Notes under the pieces: model-generated | The model's input: only the letters and a program-made list of their open reading frames with translations | What the model was told of the DNA's origin: nothing | Database searches by the model: none | Position numbers and translations under genes: made by a program | Assembly (NCBI GenBank): GCA_021613535.1 | Contig: CP075497.1 | Coordinates: 8,432,001-8,496,000 of the forward strand | Length of the DNA: 64,000 bases | Origin: Adineta vaga | Lineage: Eukaryota; Animalia; Rotifera | Direction: 5' to 3' | Shown: positions 43,561 through 58,328 of the stretch, piece by piece | How positions within the stretch are numbered: the first letter of the stretch is position 1 | Layout of the letters: the number at the start of each line of letters is the position of its first letter

Positions 43561-46500
43561 ATGCAAACGATGGTTACGGCTGTTGAGCAATTGATGATTA
43601 ATCCTCAATCACGTTTTCTCGAAATGAAATCGCTTCAACCATATTCTACAACAGACGAATATTTATATGCAATGAAAGAAGATCTAGCAGATTGGCTTTC
43701 AACTATGTATGCTGAATGGCGTCCAATCACTGCAGATAATTTTGTTGAATGTTTAGGTAAGAAATTCAATCTAGACGTATGTTGATGTTTGTATTCTATT
43801 ATCTGATAATGACGGCAAACATTGAAAAGATAGACTAGAAATGAAAATAATCATTTATTATTTTAACATTCTTTTTTTTTTCTTCTTCATTTGATTATTT
43901 GTCTATTGACTTTTCTTTTTGCCTTTGGCATTGTACAATAGTATAAACTTCAAGTATTCGATTAAGAAAAGATATAACATCCACTTGATACATCATAGAA
44001 CCATATACACCTAATTCTATAAGATATTAATTTAGAAAACCTTGAATAAACTTGTCATTTCAAAAATTTAGACCTTCTGTGTTCTAGCTAGAGGCACTGC
44101 ATTTCCTTCTCGCATATTATAAAGTTAAAAGCGGAAGAAATTGTAAGGATGACTAAGAATAAATGATGCAAATATAAAAACATAGACAGACAGGCAGACA
44201 GACAATCGATTGATTATGACCGGAAGCCATACCATGTAAATGGATTATGCACGAACATTGTACTCATCTAAAGATGTTAATTCAATTAGTGGTCGAAATG
44301 ATAAAATTGACCGATGTATTTCTTTTAATCATCGATGAAAAGAACTGTTTAAAAAAAAGATTTCGTTTGTTTAATCTTTAGAAAATGGTGTACTTCTTTG
44401 TCAACATGCTAATAATGTCAATAATGCTGCACGTAAAACATATTCTTCAAAATTATCATCCCCCGCATTGTCATCTATATTGGAAAATTGTAAATATCGA
44501 TCGGATGCTCGTCCACAAACATTTAATGCTCGTGATAATGTTTCACAATTTATCAAATGGGCTCGTCGTGTCGGCGGCGTACGTGAAGTTTTAATGTTTG
44601 AATCAGATGATTTAATTCTACGAAAAAACGAAAAGAATTTCTTACTCTGCTTACTGGAAATAGCGCGATATGGTGCACGATTTGGTGTAAGCGTACCAGC
44701 TATCATTAAATTAGAAGATGAAATCGAGCGAGAAATTGAACGAGATAAACAATCGGAAATTATGTCATTTACAGAATTGAGACGTTTACAACGAGAAGAA
44801 AATCAAAAGAATGTCACGCATTCTTCACATGGAAAATATAGTAAATTATTAAAATTTGTTCGACATGATCATAACGACGCGAATCATCATCATCACCATC
44901 ATGAAACGACAAAAAATATCTATAATACATTTTCCTTATCGCATTCGAATGGTGCAAGTTGGTTAAGACAACGAATATCACGTATACCAAAATTTGCAAA
45001 TCATAATAGTAAAAAACGACAAAATAGTGAGGAAAGTAATGATAGTACAACATGCAGTGATGTGACAACAACACTTGTATCAATTAAAGAACAACAAATT
45101 CCACATATTAGTCGAACTTTAGGCGAAGGAGAAATGAAAGTTGAATCACCAGCTATATCATCACAATTACATAAAACAGTAAGTTAAAATATGAAATTAT
45201 TCGAAGAATAATAGATTTGTTATCTAAGGTCGAACGAATGACAAATTCATGTTGTTGTGCACAACGTTTTCCTGTTATACGTATTGGTGAAGGCAAATAT
45301 CGAATTGGTGAAAATGGAACAGTTATCTTTATTCGAGTATAGTTTTGTATTTGTAACAATATCCTATATAACTGTTTCTTTTGTGAACAGATTCTGAGAT
45401 ATCACGTTATGGTCCGTGTCGGTGGCGGATGGGATACACTTGAGAATTATCTTAATAAACATGATCCATGTCGACGCATCGGTAGTAAGTCCCTGAACAT
45501 AAATATTGTTCTGATTAATTAATTTCTATCAAAAGGTCATCGTCGATTAGAACATCATGATCATCATAATAGTATTCCAATTCTTGCAGTACCAAGTCAA
45601 ACAAATTCATCTACGTTTCAAAAAGTCAATTCATATGGTAAATCGGTAACATTGAAAACGGAAGATTTTCCATTATCAAAACCAACTCTTCATGATGCTA
45701 ACCTATCGAATGCACAACTTGTTATTACTCGAGATGCTGATGGACGTCATCATATTGGACAAATAACATATAAAAGTGAAGAAACTCTTAATCCATCACA
45801 GTCATGTCCTCATCATCATAATCAAGTGTCTCCTGTATCGACAGTCAGAAGTGTTCGTGGTACAGCATGTTCAACACCATCATCTACATTTAATAAACAA
45901 TCATCATCATCAAGCACTGATCAAGAATATTCTTCTTACACACAAACATTTTCATTAGGAACAAAATCATCAAATATATTTCCGAATGAAAATCAATCTA
46001 ATGAATATTGTCGAACTGATTTCGTTCTTCGACAACCTCCACCACCATCAAAAACATCCCATGATAATTACAAAGAAAATCTAATCAATTCAAGAATGCC
46101 TATCAAAAATTATAGATCTGGAGTTATTGAATCGATTATTGATAATATTGATGGTTACATCACTCCAAATTTAGGTGGATCTGAACAAGATTTTGACATT
46201 AGTGATATTGATGATGTTATGCGTGTTAATAACAATGAACATGATACAACACATATGGATGAAGATAGTCTAGAAAGTGCAGAAGGTGTTTTAGAAGTTA
46301 AGAAAAATCCAGCACCTCTACCACTGCCACCCCCACCCCCACCCACTCATTCAGTAAAAATAACGAATACACCAAAAGTAAAATCAGGTGGAATTTGTAC
46401 AGCACTATATTTAGCTCAAAAACAAAAACAAGCATCAGCTTTTACGAGAACACCAACAATGAACACATATTCACGTTCAAATACATTACCTAATGTCAAC

Positions 46501-46965
46501 GAAGTTGTTAAAATCGAAGAAAAAACAATCAAAACTCATCGAAAACCAACTGTTGCATCTCAAAGATCACAATCAACGAATCTATTTGAAAAACATCCAA
46601 ATCATGATACATCAAAACTTGATCGGGATTCAGGTTTTGATGAACAAGATTTTCGTTGTGAACGTTTACATTCAAGTTACGATGATAATTCTAGTATTTC
46701 ATCGTTAAGAAGTGCTCGTAATTCCATTGGTCGGTCATTATCATCAGATCTCAATGGTCAAACCTATCGAGAAAATAAAGCCTATGAATTACGTTTGAAA
46801 GCACTCGACCATACCCGAATGTTAAATGAACAATCAGCACAAGATTCAAGATTCAATAGTCGACGAAATTTTAACTATCCAGCAACACGACCCAATGATT
46901 TGAATTACTCATCTGCACATAAATACAAGAAAAATACTCATTTAAATCTATATTTTAAATGTTAA
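43561..46965 (+). CDS. GAS2-like actin-microtubule cross-linker (CH + GAR domains, long Ser-rich tail)
   Basis: [44 protein letters not shown]; GAR domain [20 protein letters not shown]...[23 protein letters not shown]. Confidence 0.93.
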
Positions 46966-47237
46966 TAATTAGAATTATCGTTTGTTTCTCTTTTTGTTTT
47001 TATTATGCACAGTGATTTTATTGTATCTCTCTTTCACAGCAAATTCATTCCCGAAATATATATCAAATACATTCTGTATAGTTGTTATTTCAATACGATA
47101 TCGACTAATGATCACATTCATTGACTGGATTTTAACATAAAAATAAATTTCGTTTTGTGTTTGAAAATAATCCAATTATTTTCGTATTTCAATTTAACAA
47201 AGTTAACAAAAACAAATAATTTAATAATATATATCTA

Positions 47238-48648
47238 TTAAACTTCTTGTGTTCGAATGCCTGTCCATTTTCCCCATCGATCTGATTCTTTTCGATACGG
47301 TCGTGCTTGATCAAAACGTTCTGCAACTTTGCGATCCCTAGAAAAGAAAATGTTTTCAAAATTAAAAAAAATACAATCTAATCTATCCATACGGAATAGC
47401 TCGAAAAGCTTCACTCCATGATTTTCCATGTTTTAATCCCATTAATATATTATAAACTTTATCTAAAGATAATGTTCGCGAAGCACCACCACCAAATCTA
47501 AATAAACAGAAAACTTTAATTTCTATTTTCAATGTCTCATCCATCATACTTTAAATATTGTTCTAATGGTAATCTTTGATGTTTAATATTATCTCTCTTT
47601 GCTTTTGCTAAAGTCAATGGTCGTCCACCAACACCTAAGAAGAATACAAGTAATGACATATTTATGAGAAAAAGAAAAACAATCGAATTTACTCGTATCA
47701 ACAATAGCACCAATAATATATACAGCATTTTGATCGTATTCTGACATTTCATATGGACTATGTGGTGATAGATAAATTAGTTGTTGTTTATCAAACAGAT
47801 CTAAATAACTTGCTTCAGTCGTTTCAAAACATGCGATACTACGTCCTTGAACATGACGTCTAGCGAATTCTCGTTGAATTTGTCCGTCAATTGCAAAATT
47901 ACATAATGTTACAAATGATGGTGAATGATATGCATGTATGTTAGAAAAGAAAAATTCAATTTGATCAACTAATTTTGAGACATATTTCGAACGAGCATGT
48001 TCAACTTCAAAACCACAATCAATTAGAACTTGTTCACCTAGACGTGCTTGAGTTATTAGTTTATTATCACGTATGAAACGATCTGTATGGCCACCAGATA
48101 ATTGACGAAACATAGATTTATAACCAGGATAATTTGTTAATGGTAGACCAGCAGCAGCTAATTCAACATGACGAATATTAGATTGTGAGCGACGTTCTTG
48201 AAGTGCAGCTTTTTCAGCTGTTCGTTTTCGTTTAGAAACTTCACGAAGAAAAAGATAATTGTACATAGATTTACGATTATTTAATACAGGTGATGAGATT
48301 AATTCAGGCCAGTATTCATCGGGAACATGATCAGGAACACGTTCACCACTTTCGCGTAACGTTTGAATTCTAAATAAAATTAAACGAATAGTTTAAATCC
48401 AAAACAAATGCACATCTATCTTACTCAAGTGAAATAATTTGACGTTTTTGTTCATTGTTTAACGATTGAAACGATTGACGATGTCGTAAATAATCCCAAA
48501 GCCATTCATTACTATCTTCGGTTGATGAAGACGACTTTGTTTCTTGAATTAATTTAGCAGAAGTAAGATTAGCTAAAGATCGATGATGAGATGATAATGT
48601 ATTCTGATGAAAAATAATGTTTACAAGCGGACAAACTGTTCGAAACAT
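47238..48648 (-). CDS. TRMT10C: Mitochondrial RNase P protein 1 / tRNA m1R9 methyltransferase (SPOUT)
   Basis: Presequence-like N-terminus, GERVPDHVPDEYW, IYLSPHS, VYIIGAIVD, LAKAKR..RLPLEQYL and TLSLDKV. Confidence 0.85.
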
Positions 48649-50391
48649 AGTATATCTTGAATAGAAAAAAACTTCTCAAAAAATGACCTAATTGGAATAA
48701 TTCCATTGATTACCAATTCTATATGCGGACGAACCTGTAAAATATTGTAATAATAGATGGCTTTTTAAATTAATTTGAATGAAAAACTTTTTAAAGACAT
48801 GTTAAAAAGAAACTTACTTCAATAATAAATTGGTTTCTCGTTTTTATGTAAATGCGTGACTTTTTATTTACCGTCACCTGTCAATTTACATTTACTATGG
48901 GTTTAAAAAAAATTGATTAATGATGTATATTTGTAGACAATGTAATTTTTCAATATTAGATGTGATATTTATGAGAAAGAAGTCATTCAGATATGCCGTC
49001 TACTCTATATTGAATATTGACTGAGTAAACGATTTGGGATTTATTTACTCTATGTTATAAAACAAAAGAAAACATTTATCTTTCATTTCGAGTTTGGAAG
49101 AAAAGAACTAAAGAGAACAGATAATAAAAACGATAAACCACACTCGATAAATCTATAAATAATGAATTATTCGCTGATATACAAATATTATTCGTGTTCG
49201 TATAATCACATGAATGGTAGTATTGACTACATCCGAGTTTTCACAGATTTAATATGGGTTTTCATATTATAGATTTTAATTTTTAATTATTTGAGTTTAT
49301 AAAAAGTCAATTAACTGACAATATATTCTCTAAGTCACGAAATTCTTTTCATTATCTCCGTCGTCAACGTAAGTAAGGGCATATACATTCTTAGAAAGAC
49401 AGCGCCAGTATTTATAGAACTGCTTCTCCGTTACAGTAATTTGTTTCAATAGGTTTTTCTGATATCTCGATAGCGATAAAATTTTCGCTCCATACTCTCT
49501 CTTGATTTCGGCTATTTTTCACAGTAGAAGTAGTGTTCGTTTTTCTATCGAAGAAATAGAAGCAGAAGAAAAGCATTTGAGTTCTGTAGTTTATTATAAG
49601 CGATGTGCAACTTACGCAAATATGTATTATCCAAAGGTAAAGGAAATTCAATACAATTCTGTTCTTCAAATTTCTAATATATTTCTTTCTTTTCAGCTAC
49701 TCTCATCACAGGACCCAAATAATAAACTTTACTGAAAAGTTTTTTTGACAATTGAAGAAGTACGGCATTAATCGTGCAGGGAGAACATCAAATAATTCCA
49801 TGCTGTAAGAAAAAAAAGAAGAAAAGACGATTATCTATTTCACTAATTGATGGAAAAACATGTGAAAATAAAAGAAATTACTTTCTATAAAGTGTAACCA
49901 AACGATTATCGAAATTGAGGAACTCGAATCTACTTTGGTTTTTATAAATTCAGCAATATACATCGAGTTTTAAAAATACAAAGATTAACGTTAGCTTGTC
50001 GACTAGGAAATATCAAAATAAACTACATCAGATTTGTATATACTAATATAATTAAATGAAATAAAGTGATGATATTCTTTTTGTAAAAGAAAATTTATGA
50101 TAGTTTCATATTTCGCGATTTCGAAAACTCTTCTCGGTTAGTGAGTTTTGAAATGTGAATGAATGATGCATAGAAGTTTCTTTGACTTTTCTCCCTATGA
50201 CAAACAACAAAATTCGTTTTAGCTTTTTTTTGTGTGATTGTCTCTTTAATCGAGAGAGTAATGACGCAGTTTTTGTTTTGTTCGTTCTTGGCTACGCTCC
50301 ATGGTTTTCTCTGATTCCTTTGTTCTTCTAGTCGTATTTAAATGATGCATCAAGGATAGTGCATAAGTACAAACAAACGAAGGTAATAATA

Positions 50392-51006
50392 ATGAGTAGT
50401 AAGAAAATTATTGAATCAAACCGAAAGGAACTCGAAGAGATTCGTTTGAAATTATCTGAATTAGAAGTAGATTCGGCAGAGCAAGGAGCATCGGATGAAG
50501 TACACCAATGGCGACAGAAATTTGACACATCAAAATCAACTCAAATGGAGCAAGTCTTGAATAAAATGGAGAAAAATATACAGAAGAAAATCAAACAATT
50601 GGCCAATGAACTAGGTGATTCATTGAATGAATTCAAAGAAACGAATTTCGCTCTTCTTTCTGAACTTGATGCTTTCATTTCTAAGATAAATCCAGACGAT
50701 GAAATTCAACTACGTTATGTCAAGTCCGAATTGGATTCTATTAATAAGAAAATCGACTCTTTACAGATTGATATTCTTGTACAATCAGTTGATAAATCTC
50801 AGCAACGACGTACATCAATTCCAGTTATGTACAATATGCCGACCGTAGTAAAAGTATTCAGATGTGAAGATTCACCTACAACGACTAAATCAGCAACAAA
50901 TTTTTTCGATCCATTGACAAGATTTGTACGTCGCGCATCGTCCTTTACTGGAAATTTTTACAATATCGATCCTATCGTTCAAGACAACAACGCAAGCAGA
51001 AAATGA
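50392..51006 (+). CDS. Intronless coiled-coil hypothetical protein
   Basis: 204-aa ORF from ATG 50392, long for this AT-rich background, with heptad pattern; AATAAA downstream. Confidence 0.7.
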   Translation: MSSKKIIESNRKELEEIRLKLSELEVDSAEQGASDEVHQWRQKFDTSKSTQMEQVLNKMEKNIQKKIKQLANELGDSLNEFKETNFALLSELDAFISKINPDDEIQLRYVKSELDSINKKIDSLQIDILVQSVDKSQQRRTSIPVMYNMPTVVKVFRCEDSPTTTKSATNFFDPLTRFVRRASSFTGNFYNIDPIVQDNNASRK

Positions 51007-53330
51007 AATTTAGACTTTATATTTTTATTATTCAATCTCGCCGTTCGCACATGTCTTTGAAAATGTAAAATATTCAACTTTCATTTCATTTCCTTCTTTT
51101 TCTCTCGAATATTTGTTAATCATTTGTGTCCTTCTACTTCAAACATGTTCAATAAATAAAAAATCCGCTCGATATTAGTCCAAATGACATTGAACCATCT
51201 CAATATAATCCATTTATTTAATAGCACTTGATCATCATGTAAAGTAATGTTGAGTAATATGATAATTTGATATCAAAGAGCTTTGCTGCACTATTAAGCC
51301 GTTAAAAGTAGTTCAAGTAGACAATAACAGGATCATTGATGATGATGAAACTAATATCTTTCGTTACAAGGTTCGCTTTAAAGGACACTTCTTGAGATTA
51401 TAAGATGTGTTTGTTCAAATTATGACCAGTCATTCCATGCATAAACAAACTTGTCTAAACATGCAGCTGTTGTAGTTTTTCTTTCTTGTCTCTTTGATTC
51501 CATTGTAGTCGATTTGGAAAAAAGAAAGAAAAGCTTTGATTTCTTTTTTTCAGAAAAATGTTCGAAAAAAAAGATAAAATCTGACAATTCATTGTAGACA
51601 TATTGTCTTCAGGCAATATCAAACGACATTTTGTTCTATTCATTGATCTTTTTCTTTCTTCATCTTTATGCGAAAAGGAATTCTTCATCGTTAAAGTTTA
51701 TCTCCTCCATAAAAACAATACGGAGAACGTTTTATGTAAAATTCAAAGGCGATTGTGTCAGATGGATGATTGACCTCTTTTTTTTCTTTTCTTTTCTTTG
51801 TCTTAATCGTAGATATACATAAGAAGAACAAAGATTGTTCAAGGCATCAGCTGAATTTGCATCGGATATTTCAGAAGAACATAATTCGTCTAGTGTGAAA
51901 ATGACGAACATTTTGTTGCAACACTCTGCTTCTGTAATCGTTTACATAATGTTCTATATATGAATATATGAATGTCCCGTTCGTGCGAGACCATTATCGT
52001 TCATTGAACTAATTTTACAATGGTGAACAAGCACAAACATACCACCATCATGACCAATTGAAATACATTAACATTCCGTTTTCTTTTCTCCTTTCTTTTT
52101 TTTCATTCTTCTTTTTCTTCTTCTCCTTGTTCTACTACTCCACTTCAAACGATCTTTAAAAGAATATTTCAGATTTATATTCTTTTCATGTCAGTATACA
52201 ACATATTAACACGTTGTACAACATCACGCAACAGATAGAAACAATAATCGGTAAGTGTAATGATGATAATAATAAAGTCAACTCATTCTAAATGAACAGA
52301 CATATATTGACTTTCTTTCACAAAAGGAAATGCATTTATCCATTTAGTTGAAATGTTGCATCTCTATAATTCATTATTCTATAGAAATGATGATGATGTA
52401 TATAGTGAGAGCTTCACACCAACGTTAGACATTCACACTCAGTATGTAATCGTATACATAAGATAAGCTTGTTTAGTTTGCAGACACCAAGTGTAGACCA
52501 TTGTAAATTATCTTGCTAGAATCTTGTTATACATATCATTGATATTGTGACTTATTGAAAATAGCAAATGAAACACTTGCATTATCATTTATCTAGACAG
52601 TGTTAAATCAACTCGTCAATTTTTTTTTATCATTTATTGAAAGTTATATAAAATACGACGAGTAATAAGTGTACACATGCATGCATGCACATCCGTATGT
52701 GTATATTTTCATCGTGTTTTAATTGAGATTTTTCAAACGAATTGAAAGTGATAGAGACATATTTGATATCGTTGTCATGTTTTGAACTTTTTGACAGTTG
52801 ATTTTTCATATCGAATCTATTTGATGATTTCATAGCATATATTTAACCTTAGTGTTTCTTCTATTCTTTGACATTTTTGATAGACAGTTGTATATATTGT
52901 CGGTCTGATTGATCATTTTAATCCATTAACCAAACTATTAGTGAAGAAATCCCGAACAAAACAGATTGACTGATTCTTTATGCAATCATTGGACTTCAAT
53001 CAATTGTATTGACATTTGATGTATAAAAAAAAACTAACAACAATTGGTGTTATTCATTGATGGTAAATTTCACTGTGAAATGAAGATGCTCTTGATAGTT
53101 AGATAGATTGATTCAAAACAAGTTTAATATGTTCATTCAAGCATAGAGAATACAAAGAAAAGCATCTTATTTCTAATAACTTAAGTGTATCAAAGATAGA
53201 AAGAAAAAAACAGCTCACTTCTCTTTTGTTCATTGATAGTTAGAAGGAGGAGGAGGAGGAGGAGAAGAACAGAGAAAGAAAAACGAACAGTTGACTGTAT
53301 GTTGTAGGTCGTGAACTAAACATTTCTATC

Positions 53331-56300
53331 ATGAAACAAATTCTGTTTATATTGTTGATTATCATTCATTCTTCCAATGGTAAGAAATAAAATTGTTCAA
53401 AATTATTTATTCTCTATTTATTGAAGGTACCTGTCCGAAAGCAACATTTGAATTTAAAAATAAAACTAAAATAGCTTTATATAATTTTATTGATTCGTCA
53501 ATTGGAAATATCGGTTCATTAGAAACATGTCCATGTAAGTAATGATGACTTTATTTTAGATATTTAAAACATATTTTCATGATTAGATACGGGTCGTCCT
53601 TATGTGTATTTACCTTGCTATCCAAATTCATCGTGGGGACGTGATCCCTATTTTAGTAATTGTATAAAACCAAGTGAAATCAAACAACAAACGAAAACAT
53701 TAATAGCAAAAGATAATCCATATGAAAAATTATCTTTCGAAGAAGTTATTCGAGTAAAATTTCAAAATCTATTTCTAAACTAAATGTTTTAATATAACTC
53801 ATTTTAAAGTTACCATTGACAAATTCAAATGATGTCTCGAATGCTTTATCATATTTAAATAAACAACAAACAGATTTAAAATCATCATCTGATATAACAT
53901 CAATTGTCAATCTGATTGATCGTATCGTAACAAATAATCAATATACAGATGAGATACAAACAAATTTATATTCAACTACAAATAAACTTTTATCTCGTTC
54001 ATTAACATCACAAATGAAAGAAGCTCAACAATTGAATGGAAGTGTTGTTAAGTAAGTCTATTTATTTTATTCAATCTAAAATTAAAAGTTTTCTTTTCAG
54101 GTTATTATCATTAATTGAAACATATTCTCAAAATGTTATGTTCAATGAATTAGAACGATCTTTTATTGACAATAATCTTGCAATATCTATTGTTAACAGA
54201 CCTAATAGTCATTCTCAACCTATCATTGGTTTTGCATTTGGTAAGTAAACATCTGATATCAAAGTTATGGTTATTTGTCATACCGAGGTAGGAAGTTATG
54301 TAATCAAATAAAGAAAAAGAAAAATAGAATAATTATTCAGTATGATGACGCATCAACAATTTAGTTTTATCCTTTACCTATTCATTTCACGAGTACATAA
54401 ATGATTGCAAAAGAAGTGAGAAGTGAATGAATTATAAAGTTGAGTAATAAGATCCATGTATAATGAACATTTACAATGTATGTTCAAAAAATTAATGTAG
54501 ACCTATATGACGCTCTTTGTTGACCGATGAATGAGAGAACATATATGTATATATTTATACATGAATACAGTTTGAATGATGATTGAGAAATAAATATGAT
54601 TAATCGAAGAGTTAGTTTGAATGATAGATGAATGGGAGTGAATGGATTGAGATAGGTTTTTGTTGTTGTTTTTCTTACTTTGTTTTGATATAAAAATTTT
54701 AGATTCAACGAAAAATGAAACAAAACCAATTAGTTCTGAATATTCATATCAAAATTCCACGTCTATTATTCTCACTACTCAAGCATTGATGAAACAAAAT
54801 CGTTTGACATTTTCAGTCTATGATCAAAATACAGGTTTATTCAATGATAAACAACATCGTGTATTAACACGAGTAATTTCTTTGACAATCGATAAACCTG
54901 AAGCAGTGAAAAATATCGATTCATTTGTTAAAATTCATTTTCAAATGGAAAATAATATGCAAGATCAAAATCATAGTTTACATTGTGCATTTTGGAATAT
55001 ATCTGATAATATGACAGCACGATGGTCAACAGAAGGATGCCGATTGGAAAGTGTTAAACAACAACGTGTGACATGTATATGTGATCATTTGACGCATTTT
55101 GCTGTTTTAATGGTTTGATAAGAAAAATAACATTCTGTTTTTATAATTGAAAATTTTTCGTTTTGAAAGGATATTGAACAAACAACAACACCAAAATTTG
55201 TCGAACAAATTCTTTCGATAATAACATTGATTGGATTATTATTATCTTCAATCGGCTTATGTTTAACGATTTTAACATTTATATTTTTCAAGTAAATCAA
55301 TTTCGAAAAGTTTTCTTCTTTTCATATACGCTCATGTATTCATCTTCTAGAAAATTACGTCGTCATTTCAGTCAAAAATCTCTTTTATTCCTATCAATAA
55401 ATCTTCTATGTGTTAATATCTTATTTTCAATTATTTGCCTATTTACATTAAAACAAATCTTATGCATTATTATTGGTAGTTTGTTACATTATTTTATCTT
55501 ATCAACATTTAGTTGGATGTTTATTATGGCTTTGATACAATATTTATTATTTGTAAAAGTTTTCCCGACAACAATTTCAGGTTTTACAAGAAAAGCAGCA
55601 GCTTTTTCACAATGTAAGTTGAAGTGTAAATGTTGTTTTGTTCGATAGTGAAAACGTTTTTATTTCTAGTAATTTCCTTAATTCCTGTTGTAATCGTTCT
55701 TGCTATCGATCCATGGAATTATACAAGACGAAGCGATCATATGTAAGACAAAATTTATTCATTAAAATCAATCTTATATGTATTTTCTTATTTAAGATGT
55801 TGGTTATCAAAATTACCATTCTTTGTTTCATTTATTTTACCAATTGTTTTGTATATTTTTATCAATAGCATTCTTTTTATAATTGTTGCTTATTCACTTT
55901 TATGTGGTAAGACAGCACAACGATTACAGAGTACACGTCCATTAGAATCACAACGTTTATCACGATTTACTCTTGCATTAAGTTGTTTTATTGTACTTGG
56001 TTTAACTTGGATATTTGGTCTATTTGCTATTGGACCAGTTCGTCTTCTATTTCAAATCTTGTTTTGTATATTTGCTACATTGACAGGATTTCTAATATTC
56101 ATTCTATATATTATAACATCAAAAACAAAACGTACATGTTGGAATAGTAAGTTGATGGATTGAAACTTTTTCGAATTGCAAAAAATATGTTGAATCATTA
56201 TAGATACTTTTAAATCTCTTGGAATTTCTTCCATTTATTCTCCAACGTCATCATCATCTTCTGGTTTTCTTGGTAGTAAAGAATTTTCAACAACATCCGT

Positions 56301-56607
56301 CAGTGATCATCAAAAAGTACCTCCTCGTCATTTACAATATTCTTCACAACCTCACCATTTTATTGATGCATATATGCCATCTTCACCGCCACCACCAGCT
56401 CCACCCATCTTACCACCATCGCAATCATCTTTAATTCTTGAAGGTGATGATTCAATCTATCCAACAGATATGACAAATCATTTGTATGAACCACGACATG
56501 TTTGGGCACCACATACGAATTATATTTATGAAACAAATCAACCGACTACATCACTCGATGATTATTCTCTATTCTATAGTTCCAATCATGATGCAACAAA
56601 ACTTTGA
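53331..56607 (+). CDS. Adhesion GPCR (signal peptide, HormR-like module, GAIN/GPS, secretin-type 7TM)
   Basis: GPS motif CAFWN...WSTEGC...TCICDHL/THFAVLM, LLHYFILSTFSWM, LGLTWIFG and a Pro/Tyr-rich tail. Confidence 0.93.
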
Positions 56608-57210
56608 AAAACATTTCGTGTCGATTAGTTTTCTCTTCTCTTGCAGTCAGATGCGTATGTGTTTCATAATCCGGTTGAATGTTGAACTTAGTTTTTTTTC
56701 TTACTATATATATATATGATTAAGTATGGTGTTTCATTTTTTGCTTTGTATGAATCGAGTTTTTCTTATAAACATTTTCAAATATGATATTTCATGTTTT
56801 TTCTTTCAAGACATGTACTAATGGAAGAGGCAGTTGCTACAGGAGAACGCTTATCTCAAAGTTAGCAATATATCTTGTTCTCTAACTTATAAACATAGAT
56901 ATTACATAATCTGTATGACTAGATATATATTCACTGCTGAGCAATCCATTAAATGACATGAAATATATCATTTTCCTGATCAATTCTCTTTTTATTTCCT
57001 TCTCTTTATTTATTGTAAATAAAAACAAGTCAAATCTGTATACTGTTATCATACAATTACAGAGAAGTTGAAAAATAAGAGGACAGAAAAAAAAAACGAT
57101 ACCATCAATATGCATACTAAAAACGAAACATAACTTCAACGTCTAAAAATATATAAAATATATATCACCGTCATCGTATTTTTTACAAAACAAAATATAT
57201 AAGAAACTGT

Positions 57211-58328
57211 TCAATTAGCTCGACGGAAACCTTTTAAAATCGGAAAGATTAAATCAAAAGCTTCATCAATTTCACGGCGTTGTTTAGCGCCTAAATGAAC
57301 ACAAGAGTGAATTTCTCTTTCGAATCAGTCCAACACAAAATAAACAATTTTAACCTTACCTGTCAATACTACTTTACCGGAATTGAAAATTAATAAAACA
57401 ATTTTTGGTTTAATAATTCGATAGATTAAACCAGGAAACAATTCAGGTTCATAACTGAAATAAAATATAGAATAGTGTTGAAAAGACGATTACAAATCGA
57501 TTTACCTGCAATATGTATCATGTTTTAATTGCAAGGCTTCAAGTCGTATTTTGAAATTTACATCAGCACTACCAACCATATTTTGAATTTTGAAGTCGAG
57601 AAATTTTGCCTGAAATAGAATAATTTAAGATAGATGTTATTCTTTTGAATTGATTATTACTGGAAAGCCAAGTTTTTGAATGACACGAGCATAACGTCGG
57701 GCTGCTTGAACAGAATCATCTTCACTTTTAGCACCGGTACAAACCATTTTTCCTGAACTAAATATTAATGCAGTTGTTCGTGGATTACGAATACGCATAA
57801 TAACAGCAGCAAAACGTTTTGGATTATATTCTGCATTCCTTGCTTGTAATGCAATACGTTTCAAATCTAACGGACAGCCAAGATTGACAGTTGATACAAT
57901 ATTTCTAAAGTTTTTAAAAGAAAGTATAGAATGTGTATCTCGAATTGAAAAGAAACTAGATTCATTACTGTAAACTTGGTTGTACACGTGATGCATCCGC
58001 TGCACGTGGTGTGACTGGTGTTGGAGCAACAGAAAAGGGTGTTGAAGGTGCGACTGAACTAAGATGATACGATGTCACTGTTGATGGTGGACCCATATCT
58101 GGTATACTTTTTTTTGAAGCAACCGATGGTCGATGAAAAAATCGATTCTCATTAGTTGTATTTGCATGTGTTTCTTCTCTTGAAGCAACACTTCGCGGCG
58201 TTGCGGATGGAGGTAATGACATAGGTGAGGCATATTGATCATTCTAAATATTCAATTGAGAAAACACTAAATAGAAAAACAACCCAAACCTGATGAGAAT
58301 TCGGATCGTTAAAAGGTGAAAAATCCAT
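57211..58328 (-). CDS. TBP: TATA-box binding protein
   Basis: [10 protein letters not shown]...[35 protein letters not shown] and second repeat [12 protein letters not shown]...[14 protein letters not shown]; all four intercalating Phe retained. Confidence 0.97.

Noticed and set aside
47755-47780. TRMT10C IYLSPHS instead of vertebrate YLTADS (possible fourth pseudoenzyme)
   Set aside because: As I recall, His at this position also occurs in invertebrate MRPP1 orthologues, so it is not evidence of inactivation.
57058-57068. TACAGAGAAG, the U6 snRNA ACAGAGA box
   Set aside because: The flanking sequence does not match U6, and it lies in the TBP 3' region.
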